NCBI GenBank assembly: GCA_964374115.1 | Contig: CAYJXK010000002.1 | Location: 1-57,286 of the forward strand | Reading direction: 5' to 3' | DNA: 57,286 nt | Origin: an uncultured Gammaproteobacteria bacterium | GTDB lineage: Bacteria; Patescibacteriota; Patescibacteriia; Magasanikbacterales; UBA922 | Shown: positions 42,711 to 51,146 of the stretch, piece after piece | Numbering within the stretch: the stretch's first letter is position 1 | Layout: each line of letters opens with the position of its first letter | Notes under the pieces: model-generated | Seen by the model: only the letters and a program-made list of their open reading frames with translations | Told to the model about the DNA's origin: nothing | The model's database searches: none | Translations under genes and position numbers: made by a program

Positions 42711-44762
42711 ATGCAACCACGGAAACAGCCACAATATCGTTCCAAAGTGCGCGCAAAAATGCGCTGGGGGGTTGTGAGTATTTTTGCGTTGCTTCTTCTT
42801 TCGGTGTGGTATGTCGCGCCGCAATGGGTGAATCGAGGCATTGATGGACTCAATGCCATCCTGCCACGTGCTCTGCCACACATTTCAGAGTCCTCATTCA
42901 AGCTCGGTTTAGATCTTCAGGGCGGCGCTCATCTTGTGTACCGGGCGGATGTGCAAAATATTCCGAGCGGCGAACAAGGAGACGCGGTCGAGGGCGTGCG
43001 CGATGTGATTGAGCGCCGTGTGAATGGCCTGGGAGTTGTCGAAGCAAATGTTCAAACCACGAAAGTAGGAGAAGAGCATCGGCTTATCATCGAGATGCCT
43101 GGCGTTTTGGATGTGCAGCAAGCCATTGATCGTATTGGAGAAACACCTATTTTGGAATTCAAAGAACGAAATACCGAACCGCTCCGCGAGCTTACTACAG
43201 CAGAAAAGAAAGAACTGGAAGAATTTAATATCGCGGCAGAGAAAAAAGCACAAGATATTTTGAATCGCGTGCAGAAAGGAGAGGATTTTTCAAACGTAGC
43301 GACCGAAGCATCCGAAGATGACGCGACAAAAAACACGGGCGGCGCCATGGGGTATCTCACCAAGAATTCCATTTACCAGGAAATATATGCATGGGCAACA
43401 CTCGCAAAAGAAGGCGAAATCGGAAAGAAATTCGTCACATCAACCGAAGGATACAATATCGTGAAACGCGAGGCTGAAAAAGAGGGTCCGCTCCAGGTTT
43501 CCGCGAGTCATATCTTGATTTGTTACCTGGGATCCAAAGGATGTGACAATCCATCCCGCACCAAAGAAGAAGCTCAGAAAAAAGCAGATGAGCTTCGCGC
43601 GCAGGCAACACCAGAGAATTTTGCGGATCTTGCCAAAGAATTTTCCGACGATCTTGGGAGTAAAGCGACGGGGGGAGACTTGGGCGCATTTGGAAAAGGC
43701 GCCACTGTTCTTCCGTTTGAAGAAGCGGCATTTCAAGCCACTAGCGGAACAATTGTCGGGCCGGTGGAAACAGAATATGGACTCCATTTGATTTACAAAA
43801 AAGGACAAGAGATAAGCAAAGAATACGAGGTATTCCGTATTCTTGTAAAAACAAAAAAGCCAGAAGATATTATTCCACCGGCAGATCCATGGAAATACAC
43901 AGGACTCTCTGGAAAGCAACTCACACGCGCGGAAGTCGTGTCGGATCAACAGACTGGAGCGGTGATGGTGTCATTGCAGTTTGATGATGAGGGTAAACAG
44001 CTGTTCAAAGATCTCACAGAGCGGAATGTCAAACAACCAGTCGCGATTTTTCTCGATGGAGCGCCAATCAGTATCCCAATCGTGGATGAGCCGATTACAG
44101 ATGGCAGAGCAGTGATCCGAGGCACATTCACGCTTGCAGACGCTCAGGAGCTCAAACAGCGATTGAATGCCGGAGCGCTCCCTGTCCCGATTGAGATTGT
44201 TTCACAGCAGACCGTCGGAGCAAGTCTTGGCAGTGATTCACTCACCAAAAGTCTGTATGCTGGTATTGCCGGTACGATTCTTGTTATTATTTTTATGATG
44301 CTCTATTATCGCGTGCCTGGAGTGGTTGCGATGATTGCGATTGTATTATATGTTTTTCTGAATCTCGCCATTTTCAAACTCATCGGTGTCACTCTTTCGC
44401 TTGCCGGGATTGCCGGATTTATTCTTTCAATCGGTATGTCGGTGGATGGCAATATCTTGATTTTTGAACGCATGAAAGAAGAGCGTGGCTGGGGAAAAAG
44501 TTTGCAACTTGCTGTCCAAGAAGGATTTTCGCGCGCGTGGACATCCATTCGAGATGGCAATGTGGCGACATTTATTACATGTCTTCTCCTTTTGGGATTT
44601 GGATCGAGTTTTGTGAAAGGTTTTGCCGTGACGCTTGCGATCGGGACGCTCCTCAGCATGTTCACCGCGATTACCATTACCCGAATTCTCCTCCGATTTA
44701 TCGTGCCGTGGTTTGCGAAGAATGATGGGGGACGGTGGTTTTTAAAGTTAAAGGTCAAATAA
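42711..44762 (+). CDS. secD: Protein translocase subunit SecD with an inserted parvulin-type PPIase module
   Basis: SecD motifs: LGLDLQGGAHLVY, the P1 base and a C-terminal 6-TM bundle. Between them lies a parvulin signature, SASHILI...FADLAKEFSDD..GGDLGAF...FEEAAF...GPVETEYGLHLIY. Confidence 0.9.
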   Translation: MQPRKQPQYRSKVRAKMRWGVVSIFALLLLSVWYVAPQWVNRGIDGLNAILPRALPHISESSFKLGLDLQGGAHLVYRADVQNIPSGEQGDAVEGVRDVIERRVNGLGVVEANVQTTKVGEEHRLIIEMPGVLDVQQAIDRIGETPILEFKERNTEPLRELTTAEKKELEEFNIAAEKKAQDILNRVQKGEDFSNVATEASEDDATKNTGGAMGYLTKNSIYQEIYAWATLAKEGEIGKKFVTSTEGYNIVKREAEKEGPLQVSASHILICYLGSKGCDNPSRTKEEAQKKADELRAQATPENFADLAKEFSDDLGSKATGGDLGAFGKGATVLPFEEAAFQATSGTIVGPVETEYGLHLIYKKGQEISKEYEVFRILVKTKKPEDIIPPADPWKYTGLSGKQLTRAEVVSDQQTGAVMVSLQFDDEGKQLFKDLTERNVKQPVAIFLDGAPISIPIVDEPITDGRAVIRGTFTLADAQELKQRLNAGALPVPIEIVSQQTVGASLGSDSLTKSLYAGIAGTILVIIFMMLYYRVPGVVAMIAIVLYVFLNLAIFKLIGVTLSLAGIAGFILSIGMSVDGNILIFERMKEERGWGKSLQLAVQEGFSRAWTSIRDGNVATFITCLLLLGFGSSFVKGFAVTLAIGTLLSMFTAITITRILLRFIVPWFAKNDGGRWFLKLKVK

Positions 44763-44766
44763 GTAT

Positions 44767-45684
44767 ATGTACGACATCATTGGAAAAAGCAAACGAAAAT
44801 TTTTTTTTCTCCTCTCCGCGGCACTCGTGCTTGCGAGTATGATGAGTTTGATTATATTCGGATTGAAACCTGGGATCGATTTTACTGGAGGAACACTCAT
44901 TGATGTTCGATTTGATGGTATTCAGCCAGAGCTCTCGGAAATGCAATTCACACTTGATTCATTGGGGTGGGGCAACGTGGTCATTCAGCCAACGGATGCC
45001 AATGGGTATCTCTTGAAGTTACGTTTTCTTTCAGAGCCGGAGCATCGGGATCTTTTGCAGAAAATAAAAGAAACATATGAAAAGGATAGCGTGATCGTGC
45101 GAGAAGAAAGTATTCAGACCATCGGTCCATCCATTAGTGAGCAATTGCGTGAACGCGCGTTCACGGTGACGATTGCAACCATTCTTGCCATTGGTTTGTA
45201 TATTGCGTATGCCTTTCGTAAAGTGTCGCGCCCGGTACGCTCATGGAAATATGGCATGGCTGCCATTCTCGCTCTCGCCCATGATGTGCTTATCACACTT
45301 GGCGCGTTTGCGATCCTTGGAAAGTTGTTTGAGATCGAGGTGGATATTCCTTTTGTCGTTGCAGTGCTTACCATTGCTGGATATTCAGTCAATGACACGA
45401 TTGTGGTATTTGACCGCACACGAGAAAATCTGATCAAATACAGTGGCGAGCGTTTTGAAACTATTGTCAATCGCGGGCTCAATGAAACACTCGTTCGGTC
45501 GTTGAATACCTCGCTTGCTACACTGCTCGTTTCTCTTGCCTTATTTTTCTTTGGTGGGGGGACCATACATTATTTCTCCCTCGCGCTTATCGTCGGCATT
45601 GTTTCCGGCACTTATTCTTCTATTTTTGTGGCAAGCGCCCTTCTCGTTGCGTGGAATGAATGGGGACATCGCGATCGGTCATAA
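44767..45684 (+). CDS. secF: Protein translocase subunit SecF
   Basis: GIDFTGGTLI, a 6-TM bundle, and YSVNDTIVVFDRTREN. Confidence 0.94.
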   Translation: MYDIIGKSKRKFFFLLSAALVLASMMSLIIFGLKPGIDFTGGTLIDVRFDGIQPELSEMQFTLDSLGWGNVVIQPTDANGYLLKLRFLSEPEHRDLLQKIKETYEKDSVIVREESIQTIGPSISEQLRERAFTVTIATILAIGLYIAYAFRKVSRPVRSWKYGMAAILALAHDVLITLGAFAILGKLFEIEVDIPFVVAVLTIAGYSVNDTIVVFDRTRENLIKYSGERFETIVNRGLNETLVRSLNTSLATLLVSLALFFFGGGTIHYFSLALIVGIVSGTYSSIFVASALLVAWNEWGHRDRS

Positions 45685-45712
45685 TACGGTTTTTTCTCAT
45701 TTGGCCTCACTG

Positions 45713-45721
45713 TGGTATACT
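45713..45721 (+). promoter_or_regulatory. Extended -10 element TGgTATACT
   Basis: Located at 45713-45721, downstream of secF and upstream of the small TM ORF and the 490-aa gene. Confidence 0.4.
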
Positions 45722-45775
45722 GGGAGAAATTTTGGATTGTAACAATAAAAGTCTTCTATTTTTTATTTCACCATT

Positions 45776-45937
45776 ATGTCTGATCATTTCGTTCGTCATC
45801 TCATCTCGTTTGTCGTCACACTCGTTTCCTTTCTTATTTTTTGGGTTGGATACATGTCTGGGACATATCGATGGGGGTGGGCAGCCATCTCGGTTCTTGT
45901 CATGTACGTGATTATTTATAAGCTTTTGGATATTTAG
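45776..45937 (+). CDS. Possible 53-aa two-TM protein
   Basis: Hand translation gives MSDHFVRHLISFVVTLVSFLIFWVGYMSGTYRWGWAAISVLVMYVIIYKLLDI*. It is below the ORF-track cut-off. The alternative frame, 45660..45911, looks non-coding. Confidence 0.35.
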   Translation: MSDHFVRHLISFVVTLVSFLIFWVGYMSGTYRWGWAAISVLVMYVIIYKLLDI

Positions 45938-45980
45938 CCAATAGCCAATAATTTTCTACTGGTTATTGGTTATGAATCCA
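45938..45980. repeat. Hairpin built from inverted heptamers (CCAATAG|CCAATAA ... CTGGTTA|TTGGTTA)
   Basis: AGCCAATAA pairs with TTATTGGTT (8/9). Both arms show a 7-bp period. Confidence 0.5.
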
Positions 45981-45985
45981 TCAGT

Positions 45986-47458
45986 ATGTCCCTCGGCGCT
46001 CTCTTTACCACCATTCTGAATGGCACTGCCAATTTTTTCGCGCAACCTGCTCCGGCAGTTATTTTTCAGCTTTTTGTCATGGGAGGATGGGCTATTTTTG
46101 CTTGGCTACTTCTCTATGCCGCTTTTTACGTCCATGTCTATGATTACAAACATGACAAGGCAATCAAAAATTGGCAGTGGGTATTATTGGCAATTGATAT
46201 TCCTCCGCTCAATGTGCAGACGCCAAAAGCAGTGGAACAATTGTTTGCACATCTCGCAGGAGCGCTTCAAAAACCTGATATCGCGCAGCGATTTCGCCAC
46301 GGCTTCAAACAGCGGTGGTTCAGTTTTGAAATTATTAGCATCGAAGGATACATTCAATTTTTGATTCGCACAGAAGTGATGCTTCGAGATCTTGTTGAGT
46401 CTGCCATATATGCGCAATATCCAGAAGCAGAGATCACAGAAGTCGAGGATTATGTTGAGAGTGTGCCAGATCATTTTCCGAACGATACACATGATATCTG
46501 GGCGGCTGATTTCGCGCTCGCGGAAAAAGACGCATTTCCGATTCGAACGTATCGAGAGTTTGAGCACACTATTTCCAAAGATACCATTCTCAAAGACCCG
46601 ATGGGGACATTTTTGGAAAGTTTTACGCGGATCGGTCCTGGCGAACAAGTCTGGTTTCAGATCATTGTGGAACCGATTTCGAATAGCTGGAAAGAAAAGG
46701 CAATCCAGAAAGTGCAAGAGCTGATCGGGGACACGACTGCTCACGCGCATGGAAAGAAAAATATCTCGGATATGATCGCCGATCTGCCTATCAAACTCCT
46801 TGGGGGTGTGAGTGATCGGATATTCGGTGCTCTGGGAGAAACCGCCACCCATGTGGTAGAGAAGCCCGAGGAACCAAACAAGATTCGTTATCTCACCCCT
46901 GGACAAACAAAAGTGGTGGAAGCGATTGAAGAGAAGATCAGTAAAATTGGGTTCAAAACCAAAATGCGGGCAATCTATGTCGCGAAAAAACAATTGTTTC
47001 GGCCAGAACGAGCCGTGAACGCGATTATCGGGGCGATCAATCAGTTCAACATTCCCAGCGCGAATTCAATTATCCCAAAATTTGGGGTGCGGACGTCGTA
47101 TTTGTTCAAAACATCGCGATCAAATTATAAGAAGACTCTTCTCATGAAAGCCTACATCAAGAGGAAACCGAAAACGGGCGCCACTCCGTTTATTCTCAAT
47201 ATCGAAGAGCTCGCGACTGTCTGGCATTTCCCCATGTCGCATGTAAAAACGCCGCTTTTGCAAAAAGCGATTGGCAAGCGCGCGGAGCCGCCCGCAGGGC
47301 TCCCTGTTGGGATACCGATCGGAATGGCAGAATCTCTTGGTGTGTCCGCAGCTTCTTTTGGAGAAAAGACAGAGGGGCAGAAAGAAGAGGGACGCGCGAC
47401 CTACCAGACGGATTCTGGAGATATCGGATATCGGGATGAGGATGTGAGGCTCGGGTGA
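45986..47458 (+). CDS. Conserved-looking hypothetical membrane protein (2 N-terminal TM segments plus a ~400-aa soluble domain)
   Basis: Long ORF with host-like composition. No family can be named from memory. Confidence 0.8.
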   Translation: MSLGALFTTILNGTANFFAQPAPAVIFQLFVMGGWAIFAWLLLYAAFYVHVYDYKHDKAIKNWQWVLLAIDIPPLNVQTPKAVEQLFAHLAGALQKPDIAQRFRHGFKQRWFSFEIISIEGYIQFLIRTEVMLRDLVESAIYAQYPEAEITEVEDYVESVPDHFPNDTHDIWAADFALAEKDAFPIRTYREFEHTISKDTILKDPMGTFLESFTRIGPGEQVWFQIIVEPISNSWKEKAIQKVQELIGDTTAHAHGKKNISDMIADLPIKLLGGVSDRIFGALGETATHVVEKPEEPNKIRYLTPGQTKVVEAIEEKISKIGFKTKMRAIYVAKKQLFRPERAVNAIIGAINQFNIPSANSIIPKFGVRTSYLFKTSRSNYKKTLLMKAYIKRKPKTGATPFILNIEELATVWHFPMSHVKTPLLQKAIGKRAEPPAGLPVGIPIGMAESLGVSAASFGEKTEGQKEEGRATYQTDSGDIGYRDEDVRLG

Positions 47459-47512
47459 CGTACGCGTTTGCTATCGGCGTTCACCTCTTTGAGAGGCAAA
47501 CACATACGTCCT
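47457..47512 (+). repeat. Family C element, short form (56 bp hairpin)
   Basis: GACGTACGCGTTTGCTATCGGCGTTCACCTCT|TTGAGAGGCAAACACATACGTCCT. This equals the left ~35 bp plus the right ~24 bp of the long copy at 4744..4931. It overlaps the upstream stop codon. Confidence 0.8.
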
Positions 47513-47579
47513 AACGTCATAAAAAACAATGCCTCCAACGTCGAAACGTGGAGGTCTGCGGCGTGCCCTGTGAACCAGC

Positions 47580-47882
47580 TCAGCTGTAGAAGCCGAGTCT
47601 TTTTTGGTACCAGTGAGGCGGGTACGTCGAGATCACGGCGATGCCATGGTCGTCTGATCGGACGAGGCCGTAGTAGTCGAAATAGGAGTACCCGAGCACA
47701 GGGATGTCCAGCTTGAATCCGACCAGCGCACAGAACGGCTTCTCTCCGTGCAGAACGATGTTGCGCATGCCGGACTTGGGACCTTCGAGGCCTCGGTAGT
47801 GCCAGACGACCATCTGGTTGGAGTCTCCGATGAAGTCGCGCATGAAGCCGAACTTCTTCAGGAACTCAGAGCCGAGGAACAT
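47580..47882 (-). CDS. Foreign-looking hypothetical protein (about 100 aa; start uncertain) with extreme G/C-ending codon bias
   Basis: By hand count, 82 of the last 100 codons of ORF 47580..48314(-) end in G or C. The upstream part of that ORF loses this bias and is antisense to a hydrophobic ORF. No family recognised. Confidence 0.6.
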   Translation of the reverse strand: MFLGSEFLKKFGFMRDFIGDSNQMVVWHYRGLEGPKSGMRNIVLHGEKPFCALVGFKLDIPVLGYSYFDYYGLVRSDDHGIAVISTYPPHWYQKRLGFYS

Positions 47883-47981
47883 GACGATTGAAGTAGCGAC
47901 ATCGACCCGGCGTTTACAAGCAAGCGCTGGGTGGGGGCCGCAGCACGTGGGTTTGAAGCCTGCGAAAGGAGCTAGCCAACA

Positions 47982-48185
47982 GTGAATGTTCTCTTGAAAG
48001 TTCTCACGTTCCTGGCAAGCGTCCTGAGGCGGGCGGTGTTTGCCCTCGGCCTCTGGGGCCTCGCCGCGTTCGCTCTCACCAATGGATTGGTCGGTCCAAT
48101 GGCAGAGATTATGACTCGAGGTGTGTTGTTCTATACTCTGTTCCTGTCTCTGCTCATTGAGTGGCGTTGTAGAACGCACAAGTGA
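47982..48185 (+). CDS. Possible 67-aa two-TM membrane protein in the G+C-rich island
   Basis: A GTG start is preceded by GAAAGGAG at 9-nt spacing. The hydrophobic segments are LKVLTFLASVL...FALGLWGLAAFAL and VLFYTLFLSLLI. A 12-bp hairpin follows. Confidence 0.45.
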   Translation: MNVLLKVLTFLASVLRRAVFALGLWGLAAFALTNGLVGPMAEIMTRGVLFYTLFLSLLIEWRCRTHK

Positions 48186-48202
48186 AGCATTTGCGCGTCC
48201 CC

Positions 48203-48244
48203 GCCGATGCGAAGTCACAACCAACCAGGTGGCTTCGCATCGGC
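48203..48244 (+). terminator. 12-bp perfect hairpin GCCGATGCGAAG-N18-CTTCGCATCGGC
   Basis: Read directly from the sequence. It starts 18 nt after the stop of the 67-aa ORF. The U-tract is weak (ATTTGT). Confidence 0.45.
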
Positions 48245-48322
48245 ATTTGTCAATGCAATTGAAGCACTTGCTCGTGTACACTTGTTTGATTTTTTTGTTC
48301 TGATCGGCTAGCATGGGGAAAT

Positions 48323-49354
48323 ATGTGGATTCAAGAGATTTTACAGAAAAATAAGCCTATTCTTGCGCTCTCCCCAATGGCAGATATGACAGATTCCCCA
48401 TTCTGCCAGATTGTGCGCCGCATTGGCGGGGCAGATATTGTGTTTCGAGAGATGGTTTCCAGTGAGGCGATCGTGAGAGAGAATGAAAAAACACTTGGCA
48501 TGACAGATTTTGTGCCAGAAGAAAGGCCTATTGTGCAGCAAATTTTTGGCGCGTATCCGCTTACCATGGCTCGCGCGGCCGCAATTGTCATGGAGCATGC
48601 CAATCCCGAAGGGATTGATATCAACATGGGTTGTCCGGTATACAAAATCACGAGTAACTTCAATGGCTGCGCGCTGATGCGTGAGCCTGAGCGAGCGGCT
48701 CTCATCATACGCGAGATCAAACGAGCGATAGGCTCGACTCCGATTTCAGTAAAAATCAGACTCGGGTGGAGCAATCCAGATGATTTTAAAACTTTTATCC
48801 CTGTGATCGAGGATGCTGGCGCAGATTTGATCACGATTCATGGGCGTACGAAGGCTCAAGGATACAGCGGGAAAAGTGATTGGAAACGGATCGCGCAAGC
48901 CAAAAAAATAGCACGCGTTCCGGTCTTGGCGAATGGTGATATTCACGAACCGTTTCAAGTGAAAAAAGCGCTGGAAGTGACAGGAGCTGATGGCGTTCTG
49001 ATCGCACGAGGCGCGTTGGGCAATCCGTGGTTCTTCCAACAGACTTTAGCCGAAGTCAGACAGCAGGAAGCCGATGTCAGTCTGAAAGAGCGAGTGAACG
49101 TTATTTTAGAGCACGCGAAATTGCATGTTGCCCACTATGGAGAGCGGGGGATTGTGTCGTTTCGAAAACATCTTTCGTGGTATTTCAAAACACAGAAAAT
49201 TGGATTTGAAATTCCTAGGATTTCAGAATTTCGTTCTCGGTTGGTGCGGGTAGAACATATCTGGGAACTTCAGGATATGTTGATTGATTTTTCTAACGTT
49301 ACCTCACCAATTTTTGTCACTCCCACTCAATCGTCCCTGGCGGCTTATTCGTGA
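48323..49354 (+). CDS. dus: tRNA-dihydrouridine synthase
   Basis: LSPMADMTDSPF, INMGCP, and HGRT...G.SDW, consistent with an FMN TIM barrel. Confidence 0.92.
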   Translation: MWIQEILQKNKPILALSPMADMTDSPFCQIVRRIGGADIVFREMVSSEAIVRENEKTLGMTDFVPEERPIVQQIFGAYPLTMARAAAIVMEHANPEGIDINMGCPVYKITSNFNGCALMREPERAALIIREIKRAIGSTPISVKIRLGWSNPDDFKTFIPVIEDAGADLITIHGRTKAQGYSGKSDWKRIAQAKKIARVPVLANGDIHEPFQVKKALEVTGADGVLIARGALGNPWFFQQTLAEVRQQEADVSLKERVNVILEHAKLHVAHYGERGIVSFRKHLSWYFKTQKIGFEIPRISEFRSRLVRVEHIWELQDMLIDFSNVTSPIFVTPTQSSLAAYS

Positions 49355-51098
49355 CATCGTAGAAGATAAAATCGATATCTTTGAAAATAGAATGAGTTGA
49401 GATCTGCGACAATGTTTCATCCTTCAGTTTTGCAAATGTCACTGTCATCGCCTCAATCGAGCTCACAGGACGAAGCACGATTGATTCGCCACTCTTGTAT
49501 CCAAATGGCACGAGAATGATAGGCATTTGCCAGATCGTTTTAAATTCTGGATCTTTTTCTACGATAGTATTCACGATCGCATCAATCTCGCGCAATAAAT
49601 CGAGTCTTTCTTTGGTAATATTTTTTTTGAAAAGATGAGAAGAGAGGAGTTTTTCTTCGTCTCCATGGATGAGTCGGAGGACGCGGTTCACTTGGGGAAT
49701 GTTATTGGTGATTTCAGGAGCAATGTGTTCAAAAAAATTCCAGCTTTTGTCATCAGCGTGTACCGCCACTGGGTGCGCGTATGATCGTTCATCGCCTTGG
49801 ACACCAACAGATTGGATGGGAAGTTTGTACAGGGGAGGGAAGGCAGGGGTCTGTATCAGTCCGACCAACTCATCTCCACCATTCGACGACAAGCATCGAA
49901 TCGCGAGCCCTGGCCCAGGGAATGGATGACGATCAATGAGATTTTTTGGAAGACCAAGCATGGAGGCGAGCTCTCGCACCTCATCTTTGTACAAATCTTT
50001 GATCGGTTCAATAATACGGCCTTGTTCAATAAGTTCAGTCACGCGTGGGACGCGGTTATGATGGGTTTTGATAGTATCTGCCTGTTTTGTTCCACCGGAT
50101 TCGATGGTGTCCGGATAAATCGTGCCTTGGGCAAGAATCCACTCGTCTTTGTTGCACCCCAGTTCTTCCATGACGCGCTCGGTAATATCAAGAAAAAGAT
50201 TTCCAATTCTTTTTCTTTTTTCTTCAGGATCGACCACACCCTCGAGTGCTCCAAGAAATTCTTTTTCAGCATTATACACATGCAAATCGTTCCACCCAAT
50301 TTGTTTGAGGATTTTTATGATTTCTTTCGATTCATTTTTTCGCATGAGTCCATGATCAATATGAAGCCCGTAGACTCTGTGTTTTCCCAGATATGTTTCA
50401 AAGAGAGCAAAACAAAGGGTTGAGTCAATGCCGCCGCTCACAAGGAGGAACATCTTTTTTGATGAAGGAATGGATCCGAGAAGATTTCGAATATCGTGAA
50501 GTCGCGCGGCAGTATCCCAGTTTTTTGGAGCAAAGCAAATACCAAAAACAAAATTCGAGAGCATCATCATACCGTGCTCGGTATGTGATACTTCGGGATG
50601 AAACTGTAGTCCGTATATCTTTCGCTTCCTCTCTTCCATTGCAGTTATTGATTCACCGTCAGTTTTTCCAATTTTTTCAAATCCGTCGGGGATTTTTTTT
50701 ACATGATCTCCATGACTCATCCAAACCGTTGTTTCCTTGGGCAGACCTTTGAACAAATCTGAATCAGACATACATAATCTTGCCATTCCATACTCTCGTG
50801 CTGTGCCAGATGTCACAGTGCCGCCAAACACTTTTGCGACAAGCTGATGTCCATAACAGAGGCCGAGGATGGGGGTTCCAAGCTCAAAAATATTTGGATC
50901 ATAGGAAAGAACTGGTTCTTTGACTACACTCCGAGGACCTCCAGAGAGAATGATTCCTTTTGCATTTTTTAGTTTCTTGCTAGAAACATCGTGTGGATAA
51001 ATGTGCGAGCGCACACCGAGTTCCCGGATACGCCGGGCAATGAGATGGGTATATTGCGATCCAAAGTCGAGGATAGCGATTTCGTGGTCTCGGGGCAT
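49317..51098 (-). CDS. guaA: GMP synthase (glutamine-hydrolysing), long form
   Basis: GATase domain (LGLCYGHQL, HPE), PP-loop SGGIDS, and the C-terminal PPGTIEWE. Confidence 0.95.
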   Translation of the reverse strand: MPRDHEIAILDFGSQYTHLIARRIRELGVRSHIYPHDVSSKKLKNAKGIILSGGPRSVVKEPVLSYDPNIFELGTPILGLCYGHQLVAKVFGGTVTSGTAREYGMARLCMSDSDLFKGLPKETTVWMSHGDHVKKIPDGFEKIGKTDGESITAMEERKRKIYGLQFHPEVSHTEHGMMMLSNFVFGICFAPKNWDTAARLHDIRNLLGSIPSSKKMFLLVSGGIDSTLCFALFETYLGKHRVYGLHIDHGLMRKNESKEIIKILKQIGWNDLHVYNAEKEFLGALEGVVDPEEKRKRIGNLFLDITERVMEELGCNKDEWILAQGTIYPDTIESGGTKQADTIKTHHNRVPRVTELIEQGRIIEPIKDLYKDEVRELASMLGLPKNLIDRHPFPGPGLAIRCLSSNGGDELVGLIQTPAFPPLYKLPIQSVGVQGDERSYAHPVAVHADDKSWNFFEHIAPEITNNIPQVNRVLRLIHGDEEKLLSSHLFKKNITKERLDLLREIDAIVNTIVEKDPEFKTIWQMPIILVPFGYKSGESIVLRPVSSIEAMTVTFAKLKDETLSQISTHSIFKDIDFIFYDVTNKPPGTIEWE

Positions 51099-51146
51099 AA
51101 AAAAGTACTTGAATCATACCAACATTTGTGCTACACTTCAATCACT

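Noticed and set aside
47883-48314. N-terminal 144 codons of the 244-aa ORF 47580..48314(-), including a 'Cys-rich motif' KCFNCIDKCRCEA
   Set aside because: Codon bias drops from 82% to about 56-57% G/C-ending. The stretch is antisense to a hydrophobic ORF with a good SD. The CRCEA/SHRR residues are simply the two arms of the 12-bp DNA hairpin at 48203-48244 read in frame. It is kept only as an alternative in the island finding.
49317-49354. 38-nt convergent overlap of the dus and guaA 3' ends
   Set aside because: It probably reflects a slightly extended, non-conserved dus C-terminus in a compact genome. There is no evidence of a functional element.
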